From: the human T2T-CHM13v2.0 reference genome, Homo sapiens
Length of the DNA stretch: 64,000 nt
Reading direction: 5' to 3' (one strand)
Assembly: GCF_009914755.1 (NCBI RefSeq)
Contig: NC_060944.1
Position 1 is the stretch's first letter. Each line of letters opens with the position of its first letter. This document shows positions 17,343-30,573 of the stretch, one piece after another. The notes under the pieces were generated by a model. The model saw only the letters and a list, made by a program, of their open reading frames with translations. It ran no database searches and was not told the origin of the DNA. Position numbers and translations under genes: made by a program.

Positions 17343-17984
17343 GTTTATGTATCTGCAGGAAACCCGAGGCACAGTCCCACTAGAACTGAAATAATTAAAT
17401 CTTTTGCTTATGTTATTTCACAGCTTTTTCAAGATTTTGCCAAGAATGAAAACTGAGACAACTATTGGTAGATGAAAATTGTGACTTGAGGGGACCTGGA
17501 GGTAGATGTGTTTTAAGGGTAAAGAGACAAATTTTGTAATGTGATTTGACTGGATGTAAAAGGCAGGGTGCCTACACCTCAGAGCGAAGTGGGCAAAGAT
17601 CAGGAATAGATGATTGTCTGCTTCTCGTCATGCTGCACAAAATTTAAGAGCCATTTACAAAATGGAACAAATGAAAACATAAGCTAAACATCAAGTGGTA
17701 AGGAAAGATTTCATGGTGCAGAAATTATTGCTAATGATTTTAAATATGTAGTAGCAACATGATGGTTTAACTCATTTAATTCTGGTCTTGACAACAAGCA
17801 ATGAAGGATGAGGAATAACCTAAGGAACATTATTCCTTTGGTAGTAGGTTTCTAATGAGTGAAGATTTATGTGGTTCTGTGTTGTGTACACTCAAGCGTT
17901 TGGAAAACAAAGCAAAAAAGTTCCACTAATTCAGACGCTTGGAGAATGAGCTAACTTTTGGGAAACCAATATTATGGGAACAGA

Positions 17985-18060
17985 GACACCCCTTGAACTT
18001 TTGAAGAGGTAGAACAAAACCAGGAATGGCTTGAGAATCATCATGGAGTTGTCCCCTAAA
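17985..18060 (+). repeat. paralog of 15374-15446 (block B)
   Basis: 4 substitutions plus a 3-bp indel. Confidence 0.95.
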
Positions 18061-19176
18061 AAGATTCTCTTTACCTACACATAAGCCAGTTGGGCATGGG
18101 AGGGAATGAAGAAGGTGGGCATTCCTTTGTGTGTCAGAGAAGCATGTTAACTCAGAAAGAAAAGGAAAAAAAGAGAGAGAGAGAGAAAGGAAAAGAAAGA
18201 GGAGGCAAGAAAAATTAAAGCAACAGGATGTAATTATTTTATATTTTAATGTCTGTATCATCACCTTCAGAACTCTTATTTTGATTTTGATTTGGTTGGT
18301 TCCTTTTCACTTAGAACTGCAACTCTCTAGATAGTAGCAGGTGTGGGAAACAAAGAGTACTGGGAAAATACCCCTACAAGCTTCCTTGAAAATTATGCGA
18401 CCTTGTTTAACTAACTAAATAAATAAATGTATGTCAACTTCTAAGGGAAAGATCCATGGGATTCATTCCAGCATTCTTTGACAATGCTCAATTTTCCCAG
18501 AGAAAAATAGAAACTCTCATTACAGAAACTTTATACCTGGGCTTCATTTCTCATATTCTCAGAGGAAAGTTTTCACCTCTACCATCAATGTGGCATCCTG
18601 TAACTGGCAGCCTTATCTTTGTCTTTTTACTAATATGAAAGCCACACCACAGTTGGCTTTCACAGTATTTGCTAAGCTGGTAACAGTGCCAATGAGGACC
18701 CAGAGTGGGAAATTTACCTATGTTTTCTCCCCTCAACAGCTGCAAGTGAGATCTGAAGTAAGGGGCTGGATAAAATATTCTTAGGACATTTTGGTAATTA
18801 TGATTTAATCCAAAGGTACAGTTAGACATCTTTGAAAGGAATTGTGAGCATGTTTCTTTGAATTGCTGAGGAACACCAGGGTTCTGACAAACACATCGTT
18901 TTAAGGAGACCCAAAATTTCTTCAGTATTTATCATCTTTCTGAGATACGGTTCCCACGAATGCTCCTGAACCTTCTGGGAAGGCACATAGCTTCATATTT
19001 CCCTTCACATAATGATTTCTTTGTCTGTTTCAATTTGACCTTGATGTTTTCCTGTAATCCTAAAGATGCCCACTTATTATAGATGATAATGTATCTATTT
19101 CCTTTATGGGCAAATGCTGTCATTCAATGTGGAGAAAATCATGTTTGACATTCCATGTAAGTCCTGTGAAGTGTCT

Positions 19177-19187
19177 GGGAAATTTCC
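19177..19187 (+). promoter_or_regulatory. NF-kB-type motif GGGAAATTTCC
   Basis: Motif match only. Confidence 0.3.
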
Positions 19188-19204
19188 AAGTCTATACAGT
19201 CTAA

Positions 19205-19390
19205 GCAGTGGTGGGGAAAGAGGTAAAGAGTGTGGGCCATTAAGTCAGATTGACTGGTTCAAATCCTGTACGGCTTCACTATTATGCAACTATGGATAAG
19301 TCCTTTAATCTTTCTGTGCCTCAATTTTCTATCTACAAAATAAAATACTAGCATCTTCCTGGAAAAATTGTTGTGAGGCTTAATTGTGCA
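19205..19390 (+). mobile_element. MIR
   Basis: ggttcaaatcctg...tttaatctttctgtgcctcaattttctatctacaaaat...ttgttgtgaggcttaa. Confidence 0.8.
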
Positions 19391-21024
19391 GCCTTGCTAT
19401 GTATATGAACCCCAGCTGTGGAAGCCCAGAAATATGCATGGAGTATCTAGGATATTTCGAGGACAAAGTCAGGGAAACCCTCCTTAGACATTTCCCTGGC
19501 ACATGTCTTTTATTGTTCCAATGCTTCCAGTTCCACACTGGCCTCCTAATTAAAGCCGGGTGGTACTGCTGATCATTCATGGACATCAGTCATCAATTGA
19601 CCTAGAGCTCACAAGTAGCTGGTAAAGGTTTCACTGTTGTTATACATGCCATCCTTATTGATGGACAGAAAGTTTTAGCAATTTCAAATGTCTGGATTCT
19701 GTTTCACCACTTACTTAAAATTAGATCCAGAGTGATGAAGCAAAGATTCACCAGATGCTGCAATTGTACCTAATTCTTTTCGTTTAAAAAGCATGGAATA
19801 TTAGCATTCTAATGACAGAACATTCATCTTTTTCTAGAATATACCAGAGGCACATCTCTTAAGTATACTCTACCTGCACCAGTAATTGTAAACAGTGAAA
19901 GCTTTTAAGCAAGCATATGTCAAAATGGCCATTTGTCATCTTTGCAACAATGACCATGCTAACTTTAAATCTCTTTTAAAACTTTGTTCACTACTCCTTC
20001 TTTCCATTAGCCTATTAACTAGGGCACTTTAGCCCATGAATCATATCACTTATTTTTGGAACTGGAAGGGAGAAAGTCATATTATTTAAAATATGATTTA
20101 TATTAAGGAATGTAAAAATAATTTCTGTCCAAAAATAATTTAAATAGCACTTGCCAATACTCTAGATTCAGAAGACCATCAAGTTTTTTTGCAAATATTT
20201 ATAACCCCATATAATCTATTACCATCTATCAGGTACATTTTCTAACTTATATGTTCTGAAATCCCCAAATCCTGAAATGTTAGAAGTAAACTTGGGAATC
20301 ATTTAGTTCTACCACCCATTTAATGATGAAATTTCAAATCAGATACTTTTTTAGTTGACTGATTGACAAGCTTTCTACTCTTTTTTAAAAATAATGTTTC
20401 TTTACAAGCTCCTTTAAATTATCTTTACCCACATTCACTAAAAGCAGTAATGAAGTCAAGGGTCACTGTTCTGGGCAGATGCCTGTGGATATCAGATTCC
20501 TAGGAAGACCAAGTTTAGGAATTTAGCTTTGGAGGTCTAAATTCCTTGGAAGCAACCACATTCATGTCCAGTTTCTTTAGACCCATGAGCTCAAACAAAA
20601 ACCTTCTTCTGAGGCATTACCCTTTTGTTTGTAGTCATCATTAGTACTCTTGTTATAGCAGGTCATTTTTCTTGCTGCCTTTTCTGCTAGTTTTACTTTT
20701 TTTGAAATACATAAAATTGTTTGGGATATAAAATCCCCCCTCTCCTCAGCCTTGTGATTTGGACTATTCTCTATCACATACTGAACCTTTTCGTATTCTT
20801 TGGAAGCCTGATGGCTTGCTCTAGAATTCAGCAAATTGGGCAGAGTGGATCTTTCAAAGGCAAGTGAGCATTGTGAGTATCACCTTTTCAAGGTGAAGAG
20901 TGTCCTCTTATTCAGAGAGCACTGACCCTGAGAAGTCACTTACTGTTTCTGCTAAAGCAGACCTTGAGCTCAGGTGTTCTTTAGATGTGACTCTGAAGCT
21001 GAGTTTCTCCATTTCCTAAGCCTG

Positions 21025-21175
21025 ATTTTGGACAAACTGTTGGACCTTTTTCACTCTTTGCTTTGCCCCTCTGTGCAATGGGAACCAGGATGCCGAGTTC
21101 AGTGGTTGCCATGAGAGTCCACTGAAGCAATGCGAAATATTCAGTGCAGTGTCTGGTGCCTAGTAGGCATTCTAC
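21025..21175 (+). mobile_element. MIR fragment
   Basis: ctctgtgcaatggga...cagtgtctggtgcctagtaggcattc. Confidence 0.55.
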
Positions 21176-22204
21176 AGCCTTGATGCCTTTGGGGCAGGCT
21201 TACTTTAGAAGTTTTAAGAAATCTCAAAATGAGTTCTATGATGTTTGCCGTGCTTGGACACAAAATGAGAAACAGAAAATCTGCCTTCTCACCCTATGGG
21301 TGGAGTGTTGCTCCTCTATATTTTAATTCTTTTTAATAAGAAAAGGGCGTCTTGAATGTGGTGGGAAAGGGCAGACCACATGGTGGGAAGTCATGTAACA
21401 CAAGATACACTTTATTGCATGGCGTGTTTCTGTACCACAGATGTGCACACAGATGTGATCATCAACAGAGATAACTAGTTTACAAGCCCTCCCTGGAAAC
21501 TCCTCATCGTTTTTAGTAGAAAAGTGATTTTCAGCCAAGGCCTGAGCTGAAGCTCAGCCCATGATTAAAGCATTTCCAACTGTTCCACACTGAAAAGAAA
21601 GAAAAGAGAAATGACCAGCAGTGGTTTTCCAGCCAAGGTGTGAGACCAGAGGTCACCTAAAAGGCTTAAGTCTATTAAAACAAGTATCTGCTGTGGCCTT
21701 TTCTTTCTGCCTTTCCCTCCTTCCTTCCCTCCCTCTTTTTCCTACCTTCATCCCTACTTTCTTCTTTCATTTATTTCTTTATCATACATTTTTTTTCTCC
21801 TGCTCTCTTCTTCTTCTTTCTCCTCTCTCCTTCCCCTTTATTCTTCATAGAAAAATATCACCTTATGTCAAGGAAACACTGAGCAACATCTACTCATCGT
21901 TGAGCCTGTTAATGTGGAGAGGGCATATTTGTTTACTTTCTAAGTTGTGTAACTTTATTATTATTATTTTTATTGGTGATATGTGATGGAAGTTTTATGC
22001 AAATGTCTAAAGCAGCAGTTTAGTATAATAAATACAATCTTTTTAGGATTCAAGGAAAAACCTGAGTTCAACCCTGGTTCATAATTCTCAACTATGCAGT
22101 ATTCTCAAATACAGTAGCTCTGCGGACTAAATAAAATAAATGTATGAATACAAGGTATCTCTATAATACATATGGAACTACAGCTTAAGTCTCATTCTCT
22201 ATAA

Positions 22205-22630
22205 TAGAAGTAGGGCCTGAGAAACAGATTCAGGTGCATGTCATTTTGGGTGGTAAACATCTCAGGAGGAAGGGGAGTGAAGGAAGCAGATGGAGCAGGT
22301 GGAGGAGCTGAGCTTAGGATGTGGTCTCTTCTGGAGTCTGGATTTACCCTAATCCCACAGAGAGCTCTGGAGTGTGAATTACACACATGAAGTTTGTTCC
22401 TACCTTGATGTGGTTGGCTGGTCTTTTGTATTCTTCATGTCCATTAGCCCTTGCAGGTGGGCTGCCCCTGGGCTGGGGGTGGCGAGGTAACCTCCCAGGC
22501 AAATGTCCAAGAGGAAATCTCTGGAGAAGGGGGCAGTTATGAGCCATTAGCAGCCTCCGCTTGCAGCACCTGGGGCAGAGGTACCAGTCTGGTAAAGGGC
22601 GTTGGTTGTGATATCAGCAGCATCCACTAT
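22205..22630 (-). mobile_element. LTR16-family (ERVL) solo LTR
   Basis: gcctgagaaacagattcaggtgca; ggagaagggggcagttatgagccattagcagcc; ggtaaaggg...cagcatccacta. Confidence 0.7.
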
Positions 22631-25121
22631 GGGGCTCAATAAATGGTAGCTAAACTTAGTATAATTCTTGGCTGCCATATGTCTAGTTCAAGTCCTTTGC
22701 TGTGGAGGGTCAATATACACCTATCATAGTAGTTTATGGCCTTCTCAAAAATAGGAAAAGCAGGTTAGCTTTTAACAAAATAACTATACTATTCTCTATA
22801 GGTAGGCTTCTCCATCCACCGACACTGAATTTGGTCAGTTCCCTTCAATGATTCACTGATGGAAATAAAAGCCTTTCATTGCAAGGTACTGAAGGTTTTT
22901 GTAACTGGAGAACAGGTAGGAGTCTCATAAGTACAAAATGACTTGGAAAGCGAATGCAATCACACACAAACCTGGGCTCTTAAAAAATCCAACAACATTA
23001 CATGCAAGTAAAGATAGTATAAAATAAAATGCTGATGAGAACCAAGCAAGAATGACTATTGTAGAAGAACAATTAGCTAGACCCGAATGTGTTTTAGTTT
23101 CTCCAGACATTGGGTCTTTACAGCGGTTTCTGATTTGAATATTTTGGTTAAAATTTATTAGGTCTCCTAATTGATATTTTCCATCATCTCAACTCAGTGA
23201 TCGTGCCTGGGTGGAAGGTAGGGGATTTACAGAAGACATTGTCCAGATTTGTTTTCAGTCTGTAAGCCTGGCCGTGTCAAAGTGTAATAAGACAAGCAGG
23301 AGAACAATGACAACAGCAGTAAAAGCCTTAATTGAAATTATACCCATGGCTGTTTAATCTAGCCCTGCTGGTTTTGCAGACCAGGAGCTAAGTCTTCCCA
23401 TCAGCACTCTTCCCTTGGGTTGCTCTTGACAGCTCTTCTGTCTATATAATGTTACCTTTGCACACACAAAATCCTGTTTTTTAACTTGAAACACATGAAA
23501 GCTTTGGAAGGGTTTGCGTGGGTATCTTCATTCTCATTCCCTTCAAATGTTAGACTCTTCTGTTCTTCAAAATGGTGAATCAATCTTTTTCCACTTTCTG
23601 ATCAATCTATAAGATTATATTTACTTTCCTGTTAACAAAAAAGGTATCTGTGATATAGCTTTCCTATTTATCACTCTGCCCTTCAAAATCTATTAAATAA
23701 GGGAAATATAAATTAACTCATATACAAAAATTATACCACATAAACATCATTTATTTTTTATATTTTATAACATATACACCTCTGTGGGAGACACAGGATA
23801 TTAATTAGCTTTGTAGAATATAAAAATGATACTATGGTAATTAACACTTAATGTTAGCCTTTGTGTGTCACTCCAATAACTTCAGATATACTTCCTTCCT
23901 ATGTAAAACAATACATTCCCCTTTGTCTTCTGGAAGTTAGAATGATGGTTGACCCTTATAATTATTAAAATGCTGCCCAAAATAATAACCTGATTTGGCT
24001 TGCTACATAAAATAATTTATATAATAAATTAACTGCATTTTCCTGTGATTCAGAATTCTATCTTGGCAAGATACTCTTCTGGACATTGGGCAATAGCAGC
24101 GCTATCATTTTCTTGTTTGTTTGTTCCTGAACAACTGGAGGCACTCTTTCACTATCCCTGGCTTTTTCTCCTTACATAAGTGAAATGAGTTCACGACAAA
24201 GTAATGTTCAAGACATCAAAATGATGACAAAGCCAAGAGCAAGAAATGAGTAAGGCTTTGTTGCTTGTGGTTTGAGGGAGTGAGAAGTACCACCCTCTGA
24301 GGTGTCTGAGTGGATCACCCAACAGACTTGCCAAGGGCTGGGAAGGAGGAAAAAAATAGGTTGAACAACTCTCCTCTTGGGACAAGTCTCAGAGTTACAT
24401 CGTTAGTGGTGATAAAAATGTGCGTGGGGATTAGGGCATGTAAGTGAAAGGAAAAGAAAGGAAAGGAATGGATTGGAGTGGAACAGAGGTAGAGAAGAGG
24501 GTTTTGAAGTGTGATAACTCTCTGGCTTCCACTCTAAATCATACTTCTCATCTTTACAAAAATCCAGGATGCATTTTTTCTATGAGCTAGCCCTTTAAGA
24601 TGCCTACACACCAGTGGAAAACAGAAATGTTTGAACTTTACCATTATTCTTTTTTAGCATAAAATATATTTATATAAACAAAAATAAGTCACAAGTTATC
24701 GCAATGGTTGATTTTGCCTTACAAACTTCAGCTTTTTTCTTTTCTTTTTTACTTTGAGTGTTATGCTGAAATATCGGGGGAAAATACTTGTTTGTAAGTC
24801 AGGTCATAGCTAAATCTAGATTTGGTTCTTTTCTCCAGCATTATACACTATGTGATGCTAAAAATATAGCCATTTTACAGATAAGAAAACTGACCCTTGT
24901 GTAGTGAAATTTATACTACTGGTTAAATGTAGTGGAACAGAACTTTGACTCTGGGCAATACTAATTAGGAAACTGCACTCATAGACATTGCTGTGAGTGT
25001 TGCTATAATAGGGCCCTAGCTTTCACCAGGCCTTCTAATCTTTTCTTTACCCTGTAGTCAACATGTTCTATCTGCAGTGTGAATCTATTCATTTCTCTCT
25101 CTTCTTAAAATCCTTGGGCAC

Positions 25122-25515
25122 TGTTAAAAGGGTAACCGTATCCCCCAACATTTATTTGTTGAAGTCCTAACCCCCAGCTCTTCAGAATATGATCTTATTT
25201 AAAAATCTGGCTCTTGCAGATAGAATTAGTTGAAGTCGTTAGAGTGGGCCCTAATTCAATATGGCCAGCATCCTTATTTTAAAAGAAAGAAAGTTGGACA
25301 CAAACATACATATACGAAGAACACCATGTGAACATAAAGATGGCCATCTACAAGCCAAGGAGAGAGCCAGGAACAGATTCTTCCCCCACAGTGCTTAGGA
25401 GCCAACCCTGTAGGCACCTTGATTTCACACTTCTAGCCTGAAGAACTGTGAGACAATTAATTTCTATTGTTCAAGCTGCCCATTTTGTTGAACTTTGTAA
25501 TAGCAAACCAATACA
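25122..25515 (+). mobile_element. MLT1A/B ERVL-MaLR solo LTR
   Basis: TG...CA ends; gttgaagtcctaacccccag; gccatctacaagccaaggagagag; gaactgtgagacaat. Confidence 0.85.
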
Positions 25516-25654
25516 GATACCTTTCTATTATTCTTAGCATGATGTCCAACATCCTACACCTGGAAAGCAAGGAGTAGAACATCAAACTAAAAAGCAAATG
25601 TGACTCAAGCTAAGCATAGTAAGATTTCTGGAACTGTGAATGGGCTTAGTAAAA

Positions 25655-26870
25655 ATTCATTGAATAATTATCATAATCTTACATGCCAGGAATTGTATTT
25701 ACACAATGCAGGAACCTTACATGCCAGGAACGGCCGTATATTTAGATGTGAAGTAAACTGACACAGTGCCTGTTCTCAGGGAGCTTACACTGAGGCAGGC
25801 AACTAATTACGCATATAATTAATTACAGTAAGAGTGAAGAGTGGTAGTGGAATGTCCCAAAAAATAGGATGCTAGAGGAGCCAACCCTCTTCTTGAAAAA
25901 AATCAGGAAAAGCCAGAAAGGCTTCTTTGAGGTAGTCATGTTTGAGCTTATATCTGAAGAATGAGTAAAAATTAGTTAATGAAAGGAGATGCTGGGAGAA
26001 GTAGCTCTGAGGTCAAGGGGACAGAAAATATAAAGATTCCAAAGCCAGAAGCATTATGCCACTTTCCAGAACCACAAAGAGGAAAGTAAAAGTGGAGCAG
26101 AAAAGGTGAGGTAGAAAGTTGTGCGCGATGAAATAGAAGCAAACAGAGTCAAGTCCTGTGGGCAGTGATGTAATCAGAGTTGCAGACCAGAGTTAAAAGG
26201 TGCCTCTGGCTGCACTGTGAAGAATAGAGCTGAGGAAACCACTTAGGAGGCTATGGTAAGAAGTAATGGTGGGCTAGGAGTGGATGGATTTAAGAAGTAG
26301 TCCATTGATGGGATCTAGTTGATGAGGTCCAACAATTAAATAGATGTCGTACAGTCTGGAGAAAGGGAGGCATGTGTTCAAGTTGACTGTTCATTTTCTA
26401 GCTTGGCCGACTGAGTGGAAAATAGAATTGTTCACTGAGATAGGAAAGATTAGATGAGGCCATTTTTTTTTTCTTCCTGGGGTAAGGAGGGAGAGAAGAA
26501 AAAGTTGAGTGCCTAATCACACATTTGAAGCAATTGTGAGATGTGTGATGTCCTGTAGAACCTCAGCCTCATTGATCAGGATGTCTGAGCCACTGGAGAT
26601 GTAAATTTGTCTGTCATTGGGATACAGATGGTAACTGAAGCCATAGGAGCAATTGAGCTCACCTGGCAAAAGAAGGTAGAATGAGTAAAGAGAAGACTGT
26701 GCACAGTTGAGGAATTCTAGCCTTTCAGGTTTGGCTGGAGGAAGATGGCCCAGCAAGGATGATGACTGACAGAAGCAAAAGGAGAAAACCCAGAAGGATG
26801 TGTTGTCATGGAAACCAAGGAAAAAAGGGAGCTTCAAGAAGGAAATAGTGGCTGGTAATCTTTAAACTAT
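25655..26870 (-). mobile_element. L2 3' portion
   Basis: cacagtgcctgttctcagggagcttaca; gatgtaaatttg...atacagatggtaactgaagccat; gtgttgtcatggaaaccaagg. Confidence 0.75.
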
Positions 26871-27039
26871 GGAAGCGGTTTAAGTTTAAAAAATATTCTG
26901 GCTGTTGTAGCCATTTGGCTCTTAGCAAGATCTCTTGCAGGCGCTTGAGTGGAGGAAAAGATGGAAGGTGTAGAGGATGATATTGGTCTTCTGTCCACAT
27001 CCCTCTGGAAGTCACTCGCATATTCCAAGGACTGCTTAT

Positions 27040-27430
27040 TATGAACACCTGTAACTCCTTGCTTGGGGCTTTTATTTATTTTCATTATTTTATGGCTGAA
27101 GAGTACCCTTAGCCTAAGCACAGAGCAAGCCAAAATGACAGAGAGTTTACGTCCCCAGACAGCTCTGAAACAATGACAAACAGATATTTGATAACTAAAT
27201 ATCCCAATCCACTGGTCCTCAGTTGGAATAATGCTGAAGAATGTTTCACACCGTCTCTCAGAGCTCCCCAGAGGGATCAACTGGTTTGATAATCTTCAAG
27301 AACTTGCTGTCCTGTCTTTCTCTGACATACTCCTCTACTCCCCTACCAGTGTTTCTGGGAATCACCTACCAAACAAATTACTCACTCTTGAATCCTTGCC
27401 TCAGTGGCTGCTTCTGGGAAACCAAAATCA
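27040..27430 (+). mobile_element. LTR16-family solo LTR
   Basis: ctcccctaccagtgtttctgggaatcacctaccaaacaaattactcactcttgaatccttgcctcag..gctgcttctgggaa. Confidence 0.7.
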
Positions 27431-27989
27431 TATAGAAGAAAAGAGTTAGACCAGTAAGTATAAACTTAGTGAGAACAGCTGAAAAGGAGTATCAGGAAGA
27501 GAAACACAGTCAAAAATGGCTTATTATAATCAAGAAAGAGTGCTAAGCTTATTTGACTGAGGGTGGAAGGAATATAAGAGACAGAGGGGAGAGATTTTAT
27601 AGGAATTCATATGCAGAAATATTTTTTTTTCTGATGCTGTTGGTTAAAATATAAAAGGAGAAAAAAGAAAAGAAAAAATAATAAAATTTGCATTATAAAA
27701 CTTAGGAAACCTCTTTCTAGATAAGATAAAGGCACAAAAGTTTCCTCTTCAAAAGCATAAAAGAAGTTCTGATGTTCTTGGACCTTTGTGTGTTTAGGAA
27801 TTTCCACCATCTCTAGAATCCGTTTAACCACTCCATGACACATTTTTTTCTCTCCAGATGTAAAAACTGAGGAGTCAGTTGTCAGTTGAATACTCTAGTA
27901 TTATTTTCTCAGCAATTATTTTAAGGAATGCATTTGAATAAAATGCAGTTTTGGCATCATTTTAAAAAATGGATGATGATTTATGCTTT

Positions 27990-28170
27990 TCTTGCGGGGA
28001 CAAGATGGCTGTGGGCATGAGTCATGACTGTACGCTGGGAAGATTCCGATGGGAACCTTGCTTTTGCTGGTTGAGCCATAACTTACACGGACTTGAGACT
28101 GTGCGTGGCTTTTATTAACATGTTCATTTTGCTTGTTAAGGCTCGAGCTTCATCTTTTTCTTCCCGACTA
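27990..28170. promoter_or_regulatory. candidate enhancer (local CpG retention, palindromic AP-1, NF-kB-like and YY1-like motifs)
   Basis: 7 CpGs in about 175 bp; CATGAGTCATG at 28016-28026; GGGAAGATTCC at 28037-28047; CAAGATGGC. Confidence 0.45.
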
Positions 28171-28659
28171 AAGCCCTGTTTGTATTTCACACACACCTGA
28201 TTCAAAATCTGTGCTTGGAACCCAGAGTGGCTTGGGAATAGTAATTTGGAAAAATTTGATTATTTGTCAGTTAAAATGGAATGATGTGTTCTCAGCTGCA
28301 GCTGGGAAATGGGCTATTTCTCTGCAGGGGAGTAAATTCAAATGATAGACAAAGTTCTAACTCTTCCAACATCCCTGTCTTCGTGGAGCAGGTTTGGCAC
28401 AAATCAAAATTGTTTATAGGCCAAGGAAGGTACAAATCATAGCACAGATCTGTGCTTTTCTCAACTGCATAAAGAGCTTTCACATATAATTTTTCTGGTG
28501 AAAAATCCCTGTCCCGGAGCAGATGTTCCATGGAAACAACAGTGAAGTTTTTAAGGGGCCAAGGTGAATGAACTGTAAGACTGGTTCTTGAAGTTTTCCA
28601 GGTTAAAACCATCTCTCTCATTGTCCTTGGAACTGGTTTTCAAAATGTGTTTTACAGCA

Positions 28660-28825
28660 TTGCTTCTCAGATTTTAACATGCATACAAATCACCTGGGGA
28701 TTTTGTTAAATTGCAGACTTTGTTTCAGTAGTTCTTGTGTGGGGCTTGAGATGCATTTTTGATAAGCTCCCAGGGGATACTGATGCCGATCTATGTTTAT
28801 CCCTGAATCCTACTTTGAGTGGCGA
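28660..28825. mobile_element. MER5A (hAT-Charlie)
   Basis: aatcacctggggattttgttaaattgcagac...gcatttttgataagctcccagggga. Confidence 0.75.
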
Positions 28826-28930
28826 GTAACAGAGGGATATAGAAAGTTGGTCTTGAAAGATTCTCTCCAATACAAAGATTCTCTAGTCTAATAAGTTCAA
28901 AAAAATTCACATTTTTGTCTTTCTCTCTAG

Positions 28931-29154
28931 AATTCCGCAAATTAACAAATTAAAGACTCTGAGAAGATTTGCACTGATAAAGTCTGCAGTCAATGCTGTC
29001 TCCTAACAACCTATGGAATTTGATTTTGTGAAAGGAAAGGATAATCTGATGTGCGCTATTCTTGGGAATATTTGTTCAGGCACTTAAACAGACTGAAGGG
29101 GGATTTCAGAAAATGTTTGACTCTCTTTGTGGTGACCCTTGCAACTTTTCTCAG
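28931..29154 (+). other. candidate non-coding exon
   Basis: Acceptor tttttgtctttctctctag| and donor CAG|GTGAGT. Confidence 0.3.
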
Positions 29155-29391
29155 GTGAGTGTTACTGCTTCTCCAAATAAGCAAGATTCTAAGTCCAGCT
29201 CTCAATATCCCCAGTAGAATAATAAACTTTCCACCTAGAGTTTTGGTATTCAGAATGTACGGCGTGCCTTCTAATCAACTCTAAAAATTGTTCCGGGTTT
29301 AGCTGCCACCATGCCCTGTCAAAAGGCCAGCTTAGAAAAGTGTCAGACAGGAAAACTACACCAAGGGAATTTAAATGCTTCCAAGCATCTT

Positions 29392-29573
29392 AAATTGTTT
29401 GCAAACCTCTGTATGTCTATGAATCGATTCTCTAATAATTTCCCATGAAGATTCCTGGCCTCTGCCCCAGAAGTGATTATTCTTTGAGTCTTGAGTATAT
29501 ACTGAGAATCTTCATTTTAATAAGCGTTTCCAGGATTTTCTGATGCAGGTGTTGTAAAGACCACATTTTGAGA
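29392..29573. mobile_element. MER5-family (hAT-Charlie)
   Basis: agattcctggcctctgccccaga...gaatcttcattttaataagc..ttctgatgcagg..gaccacattttgaga. Confidence 0.65.
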
Positions 29574-30573
29574 TTAAGTTCTATTTCCTCAGAGTTATAG
29601 AACAAGCAATTGGGCTACTTTGTTTTGGCTTTCTGAGCATGCACTTTTGTGAGTCATGCTTTAATGTTCTACCCTGGATTTTTATGGATAATCTATATGA
29701 ATGAATGAGAAAGCGTTAGCATTTTCTTTGGAAATGTTATTAAAGATACTGTCATTATGCCAGACTTCAGAAACTTCTGTAAAGGGATCCTGTTGGCAGC
29801 AAAATATAACCTTGATCCTGTAGTTTGGAGTATGAGAACACTACGACAGATCATCACTTGACATGTCTTATGGTTAAAGTGAATGCACGTTTTGCTCCTT
29901 TTTCTTAAGAAATTCATTGGCATTACTATAAACATGTAAGCTTACGTAAATTTTACCCAAAATTGTTAAGCTGAGTCTCAAAGTCATCTGTGGCTTTAGG
30001 TACACCCTGGCATATCCCCATACTCTGGGGATATTTTCTCCACAGCTTGAGAAATATAGGACTGTATCGTGATTAGGGACCCAGAAATAAAGAATGAGTA
30101 CATTCCCCTTACAATGTTCTCCAGAAATAAAGGCTTTCTTATATTAATATTTTTATATCGAGATACTTTATAATGAGAATTACATCCTTTTCTTTTTAAA
30201 AATGTCAACTTGATTGGTAAGAAATTCAGAGCAAAATTAAATGCTTAATTACAATAATTTTTATTGGTCTAGCTATTTCATATATTTGCAAAAATTTTCC
30301 AACTTTTCTATATACATTTAATTTCAACTTTTCTGGTTAGTTATCTTACTCTATATGTGATTTTTTTAAATTATACTTTAAGTTCTGGGATACATGTGAA
30401 GAATGTGCAGGTTTGTTACATAAGTATACAGGTACCATGGTGGTTCGCTGCACTCATCAACTCGTCATCTACATTAGGTATTTCTGCTAATGCTATCCCT
30501 CCCCTTGCCCCACAACCCACAACAGGCCCCGGTGTATGATGTTCCCCTCCCTGTGCCCATATGTTCTCATTGT

